Shown one piece after another: positions 15,888 through 20,000 of a stretch of DNA of 20,000 nt. Source of the stretch: an uncultured virus (IMG/VR IMGVR_UViG_3300018417_002450) (taxonomy: Duplodnaviria; Heunggongvirae; Uroviricota; Caudoviricetes); the IMG/VR virus record IMGVR_UViG_3300018417_002450. One strand, given 5' to 3'. The notes beneath the pieces are model-generated. The model was not told the origin of the DNA. It searched no databases and was given only the letters and a program-made list of their open reading frames with translations. Each line of letters starts with the position of its first letter. The first letter of the stretch is position 1. The position numbers were made by a program, and so were the translations under genes.

Positions 15888-16599
15888 CACAACAAAACTT
15901 ATAATTAACCACGGTTTCAGCCATTTAATGCTAATACCAGCATTTATGTATGGCGAGCTGTGGATGTGGGCTTTTGCATTTCTATGGTGGTATGTGATTG
16001 CTATTGTGGCTATTAGTGGTGGCTATCATAGATATTATTCGCATAGAACATATACTTGCAGTAAGTGGTATCAAGTTTTAATTAATGTCCTTGGAATATT
16101 TTCAGGTGCTGGACCAGCGCTAACTTGGGCCGCTGTTCATAAACAGCATCACGCATATGCAGATAAAGAAGATGACCCACATTCTTATCACCACAAAGGA
16201 TGGTTTTCAGTTTATGTGAACACTTGGGGATACAACTCTAAAATTAAGCGTAGGTTCATTAAAACTCTATGGAGAGATCCAATTCTTAAATTTTTCCATA
16301 AGCAATATTTTACATTGAATTTGTTTATTATTATATTACTCTTTTTAATAGACCCAATGCTTATGGTATTTGGATATGCTATACCCGTAGTATTTGCATT
16401 TCATGGTTACGGTTTACTTAATATACTTGGCCACAAGGATGGGCCTACTAATACTTTCGTTGGAAATATTTTAACAGCTGGTGAAGGATGGCATGCCAAT
16501 CACCATAAGAAGCCTGGAAGTTATAAAATTGGAATGAAGTGGTGGCAGTTTGATCCCACCGCATATTATATCGCTCTCATGTTTAAGGAGAAAAAATGA
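15877..16599 (+). CDS. Membrane-bound fatty-acid desaturase, delta-9 (DesC/Ole1)-like
   Basis: Three His boxes HRYYSH, HKQHH (WAAVHKQHH...DDPHS) and GEGWHANHH. WWQFDPT motif and TM segments. Confidence 0.92.
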   Translation: MMHNTTKLIINHGFSHLMLIPAFMYGELWMWAFAFLWWYVIAIVAISGGYHRYYSHRTYTCSKWYQVLINVLGIFSGAGPALTWAAVHKQHHAYADKEDDPHSYHHKGWFSVYVNTWGYNSKIKRRFIKTLWRDPILKFFHKQYFTLNLFIIILLFLIDPMLMVFGYAIPVVFAFHGYGLLNILGHKDGPTNTFVGNILTAGEGWHANHHKKPGSYKIGMKWWQFDPTAYYIALMFKEKK

Positions 16600-16618
16600 T
16601 TTAAGGAGAAGAAATGAT
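16583..16618 (+). repeat. 18-nt tandem duplication of RBS+ATG
   Basis: TTAAGGAGAAAAAATGAT followed by TTAAGGAGAAGAAATGAT (17/18 identical). Confidence 0.8.
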
Positions 16619-17297
16619 GGGTGAATTGAGATATAAAAATGAAGATCGCTTTGCTGAAACTATGGGCTACGAAGGATTCGAAGCAGATAAAGAAGAACTA
16701 AAAGCAATCTATCAAAGAATTAAACCTACTTGGGAAAGTAACGATAAGATTGGTATGGATGACGATCAGATTATATATCATGTAAGCTATGACGATAATA
16801 TGGTTTTATGGGATGAGATTTTCCAAGTAGTAAAAAGAATTGGTGAGCGTTGCGGTGTTAAAATTGTTTGGGAAGAAGTTAAACACGTGATGAAATTTAC
16901 TTTTATGTGGACTAAACCGCATGGAGTTCTTCATCCGCATACTGCTCATAACCTAAGAGCTTTGTCTGCTTTTAATATTCCTTTGATTGGTAGAACTGAA
17001 ATTATTCTATATCATAGAAAAAAAGAAAAAAATCTAATGTTTCCTGGCAGCGATACTTACGAGTATGCAAGACATGAATACTTTAATCCTTGCTTTTTAA
17101 ATGTAAACAAATTGCACGGATTAGTTAATGACAGTGATGAAGAACGTGTAATTTTGAAATGCCATATGCTTATTACTCCAATTGAAACTATGATTGAAGC
17201 AGTAGAAGGCGACAAAGAAATTCGTCAATTACCATATGCTCCTTGGTTAGAATCTAAGTTTAAACAAAAATTATGGATAGGTAAAAGTTCTACATGA
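16614..17297 (+). CDS. Cupin/DSBH-fold Fe(II)/2OG oxygenase-like protein with HxA variant motif
   Basis: FTFMWTKPHGVLHPHTAH...AFNIPL...FLNVNKLHGLVN...ERVILK follows the DSBH layout. Ala sits where Asp is expected. Confidence 0.6.
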   Translation: MMGELRYKNEDRFAETMGYEGFEADKEELKAIYQRIKPTWESNDKIGMDDDQIIYHVSYDDNMVLWDEIFQVVKRIGERCGVKIVWEEVKHVMKFTFMWTKPHGVLHPHTAHNLRALSAFNIPLIGRTEIILYHRKKEKNLMFPGSDTYEYARHEYFNPCFLNVNKLHGLVNDSDEERVILKCHMLITPIETMIEAVEGDKEIRQLPYAPWLESKFKQKLWIGKSST

Positions 17298-17860
17298 CAT
17301 ATCCAACCAACCTCAAAGTATATAGGATGGATTTTACAAATGAATATATTTTTGTTGATAAACTAAAAGAGCTTAAACAAACTGATGCTAGTAAGAACAA
17401 AGATTGGTGGCCGAACTTAATTGAAAACTATAAAAGATACGATCAATGGTATTTAGTTTTTCATAAAGAAGAAATAATATCTTTTTCTTGTGTACAATTA
17501 TTTAGTAAAAGTACTGCCAGACTTGCAACTAGATTGTGGAATGGCGTTAAGAAAAAAGGATTAGAAAGGGGAGTTATTTTAGATGAAGTATCTCCTGCTA
17601 TGTTAATGATTAAAATGCAGTTAGAAGATTATAAAGATTATAATGTTTTCTTTTCGATGCAGCTATTAAATAGAAGAAAACACCTTGAGATGTTTGCTGA
17701 AAAGCTCAATATTAAATTAGGTAGATCTTTTAAATTGAATGATGGCATGTATCAAACATGTCCGTATGATAGTATTAATTGTTGGCAAAGTACAATATCT
17801 GAAAAAGAATTAAACTTGCCTGAAATGCCAATTGAAGAATGGAAAGAAAAGTATGTCTGA
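17294..17860 (+). CDS. Hypothetical protein, possibly GNAT/acyltransferase-like fold
   Basis: WYLVFHKEEIISFSCVQ...ARLATRLW strand pattern resembles GNAT beta2-beta4. Weak evidence. Confidence 0.45.
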   Translation: MTYPTNLKVYRMDFTNEYIFVDKLKELKQTDASKNKDWWPNLIENYKRYDQWYLVFHKEEIISFSCVQLFSKSTARLATRLWNGVKKKGLERGVILDEVSPAMLMIKMQLEDYKDYNVFFSMQLLNRRKHLEMFAEKLNIKLGRSFKLNDGMYQTCPYDSINCWQSTISEKELNLPEMPIEEWKEKYV

Positions 17861-18476
17861 ATGCTTAATTGAAAAAACCAAAAGAACAAGAGTAAAAGGT
17901 CCTGGTCCTCGTAGAACTGAGATGGTTACTTTTGCTAAGATCGGCGATGTTGATCCAGCTCTTTTAGATCAGCTTAGATTTATTTTATTAAGAAATCCTC
18001 AAAACGATCTTGGCGGAGACGGATACAATATTTCTCAGCAATGCGATCTTGAAGGAGTTTTTAATGCGGCTGGTAGTTATAGACAAGTGCTTATTCAAAA
18101 ATCTATTCATGACCATGCTACTGCTTCAGAATTTGATTACACTGAATACACTGAAGACGTGAATATTCCTTGGTTTGAAAAGATCTATAGATTAAGACTG
18201 TCACATATGGGACCACGTCATACTATTAGTTGGCATATTGATACTGACACGAGTGTAATGTGTCGTGCTCAAATTTGTCTAAATGAAAACGATTCAGTGT
18301 TTAAATTTAAAACAAAAAATGGAATAGAAGAGTTCACTATGAAGCCTGGCGAAATGTGGTTTATTAATACTGGTTGGCCGCATAGTGTTGAAGGCGGAAA
18401 AAAGCAAAGAGCAGTTGCGATATTTGGATTTGAATATAAGGATTACAATGGAGATACTCACTTATTGCGCTCATAA
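17853..18476 (+). CDS. Fe(II)/2OG oxygenase, aspartyl/asparaginyl beta-hydroxylase-like
   Basis: RLRLSHMGPRHTISWHID...GEMWFINTGWPHSV...R. ATG 17853 chosen as start. Confidence 0.8.
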   Translation: MSECLIEKTKRTRVKGPGPRRTEMVTFAKIGDVDPALLDQLRFILLRNPQNDLGGDGYNISQQCDLEGVFNAAGSYRQVLIQKSIHDHATASEFDYTEYTEDVNIPWFEKIYRLRLSHMGPRHTISWHIDTDTSVMCRAQICLNENDSVFKFKTKNGIEEFTMKPGEMWFINTGWPHSVEGGKKQRAVAIFGFEYKDYNGDTHLLRS

Positions 18477-19041
18477 TATAGAAGTAGATCACGATAAAAT
18501 AGAACAAGAAATTTTATCAATACCACTTACTTCATATCATTATGACAAATTTAGAAACACATATATACTTCCTTTATTTAATCCTGCGGGCAAAACGGGT
18601 AAAGTGGATATTAACCTTGATGGAAATATGAAATGGTCTATGTATTTACCAGAAGTTCAAAAAGCTTTTAGCCCAATATTAGAAGAGCTTCCGGGTAGAT
18701 TTACAATTCTTTACACTCCTCATAATCGAGAAATGAATGTTCATCTTGATTGTAAGAAAGCAGAGGTTGGAACTCGCCAATATAAATGGCGTTATGTGGT
18801 TAAAGGTGATTTAAAAGGATTATATTTTTTAAATGAAAACATGGAAAAGGTTTATCCAAACCAAGGCGAAAGAAGTTATATAATGGATGGAGGACATCCA
18901 CATTCTATTGATGTTTCAGATAAACCAAAGTGGACTCTATGTATCGGATCTCCTTGGCGTGATAATTTACCGAGTGATTTAGACACATCAAAATCATATA
19001 TAATTAGTAGACCTAAAATAAAGGACCAATGGTGTGTTTGA
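18448..19041 (+). CDS. Fe(II)/2OG oxygenase-like (cupin) protein
   Basis: GRFTILYTP..MNVHLDC...YIMDGGHPHSI...KWTLCIG. AAGGA RBS before ATG 18448. Confidence 0.7.
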   Translation: MEILTYCAHNIEVDHDKIEQEILSIPLTSYHYDKFRNTYILPLFNPAGKTGKVDINLDGNMKWSMYLPEVQKAFSPILEELPGRFTILYTPHNREMNVHLDCKKAEVGTRQYKWRYVVKGDLKGLYFLNENMEKVYPNQGERSYIMDGGHPHSIDVSDKPKWTLCIGSPWRDNLPSDLDTSKSYIISRPKIKDQWCV

Positions 19042-19810
19042 ACAAGTAATGAATAAGTGCTTTTATCTCCAAGAAAATATAGATTTAGATGAACAAGCAT
19101 TTGTAAACATGTCTGCTCAGTTTGGAAAACTATGGAATGAGGAAGACCATATTACGGCTAAAGAACCTTTGGGCGGTAAAGTTGTACAATGGACGTCAAA
19201 AAATAAATTCATACGTATGAGCATTCCTTGGCATGCCGACAATTCAGCTAGTAAAGAATACAAATATCCACTTAGATCATTTTATGCAGTATCCATACCA
19301 GACTCAGAAGATTCTAAATTATTTTTCTTAGATACAACTGCAGCTTTCGAAATGATGAGCAAAGACAGACAACAATACTTAAGAGATTGCTCTATAGTAG
19401 TTGGTGACAATCCAACGTTTAAACAAACCGGAAACTGGACCTTTGAAGATCCTTGGGTAGAGCCATTCACTAAAATACATCCTATTACTGGACGAGAAAA
19501 TATTAATTATGGATGTATAGCGTTAGCCAGTGATGTCTTTGGATTAACCCCAGATGAAGGTTACAACGGAACTGAATCTTATAATAAGGCTATATTACAT
19601 CCCGATGGTTCTAAATGGTCTGATAAAGAAATATCAAAACTGTTTGAAGAAATGATAAATAAAGCGGGAGTATATGAACATAAGTGGAAGGAAAAGCAAT
19701 TCTTAGTTATGAATAATTGGGTTGGATTGCATTATAAACAAACCACTAAAATCATAGACAAAGAACGGTTAATCTGGAGAAGGACGATATTTCAACAATG
19801 GCATACATAA
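19034..19810 (+). CDS. TauD/TfdA-family Fe(II)/2OG dioxygenase
   Basis: IPWHAD, FLDTTAAF, KIHPITGR, YEHKWKEKQFLVMNN..LH...RLIWR. Confidence 0.85.
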   Translation: MFEQVMNKCFYLQENIDLDEQAFVNMSAQFGKLWNEEDHITAKEPLGGKVVQWTSKNKFIRMSIPWHADNSASKEYKYPLRSFYAVSIPDSEDSKLFFLDTTAAFEMMSKDRQQYLRDCSIVVGDNPTFKQTGNWTFEDPWVEPFTKIHPITGRENINYGCIALASDVFGLTPDEGYNGTESYNKAILHPDGSKWSDKEISKLFEEMINKAGVYEHKWKEKQFLVMNNWVGLHYKQTTKIIDKERLIWRRTIFQQWHT

Positions 19811-20000
19811 CAACAATGGTTTCTACGGCAGGACCAGATGGAGACTCTGACTTTTTTAGTGATTACATAAACAATCCTGAAAAACGCTATCAAGATTGGT
19901 CAGCACCTGTATTACCAGCAACCTTTTGGGAAAACTACGACTCTGTTTACTTGAGCTACAGAGATGCTAATAAAATTCTTTTTAGATCAAAATATGTTGA
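19798..20000 (+). CDS. Hypothetical protein, partial (runs off right edge; not in supplied ORF track)
   Basis: ATG 19798 overlapping the end of the upstream gene. MAYITTMVSTAGPDGDSDFFSDYINNPEKRYQDW... stays open to the window end. Confidence 0.65.
   Translation, partial: MAYITTMVSTAGPDGDSDFFSDYINNPEKRYQDWSAPVLPATFWENYDSVYLSYRDANKILFRSKYV

Noticed and set aside
3336..19470. ORFs 3336-3839, 3878-4072, 5480-5668, 5956-6219, 7480-7707, 7740-7958, 11719-11943, 11949-12152, 18876-19100, 19282-19470
   Set aside because: Antisense or out-of-frame overlaps of better-supported genes or regulatory sites, with no independent evidence.

Overview
AT-rich 20 kb fragment of a T4-like tailed phage genome, probably marine with a proteobacterial host. 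The assignment rests on repeated TATAAATA late-promoter boxes in front of genes, a cUUCGg intrinsic terminator, near-consensus sigma70 early promoters, an IHF consensus site and tightly overlapping ORFs. Left to right: (i) a leftward late operon of at least 6 exported or membrane proteins, including a pilin-like subunit and a chaperone-like Ig protein (1-3298); (ii) a thermonuclease and an HExxH metallopeptidase; (iii) an unannotated ~960-nt transcription unit (4560-5524) of two highly paired, pseudoknot-rich non-coding RNA blocks flanking a very acidic 89-aa ORF; (iv) an EF-hand two-TM protein, a DUF1289-like protein and a 603-aa virion/fibre-like protein; (v) an ~11 kb run of tailoring enzymes. 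That run has 4 radical SAM enzymes, 2 stand-alone SPASM-like proteins, 2 glycosyltransferases (3 GT domains), a methyltransferase, a fatty-acid desaturase, a GNAT-like protein and 4 Fe/2OG-type oxygenases, one with a halogenase-like HxA motif. All calls come from motif reading and manual base-pairing. No database search or folding program was run.
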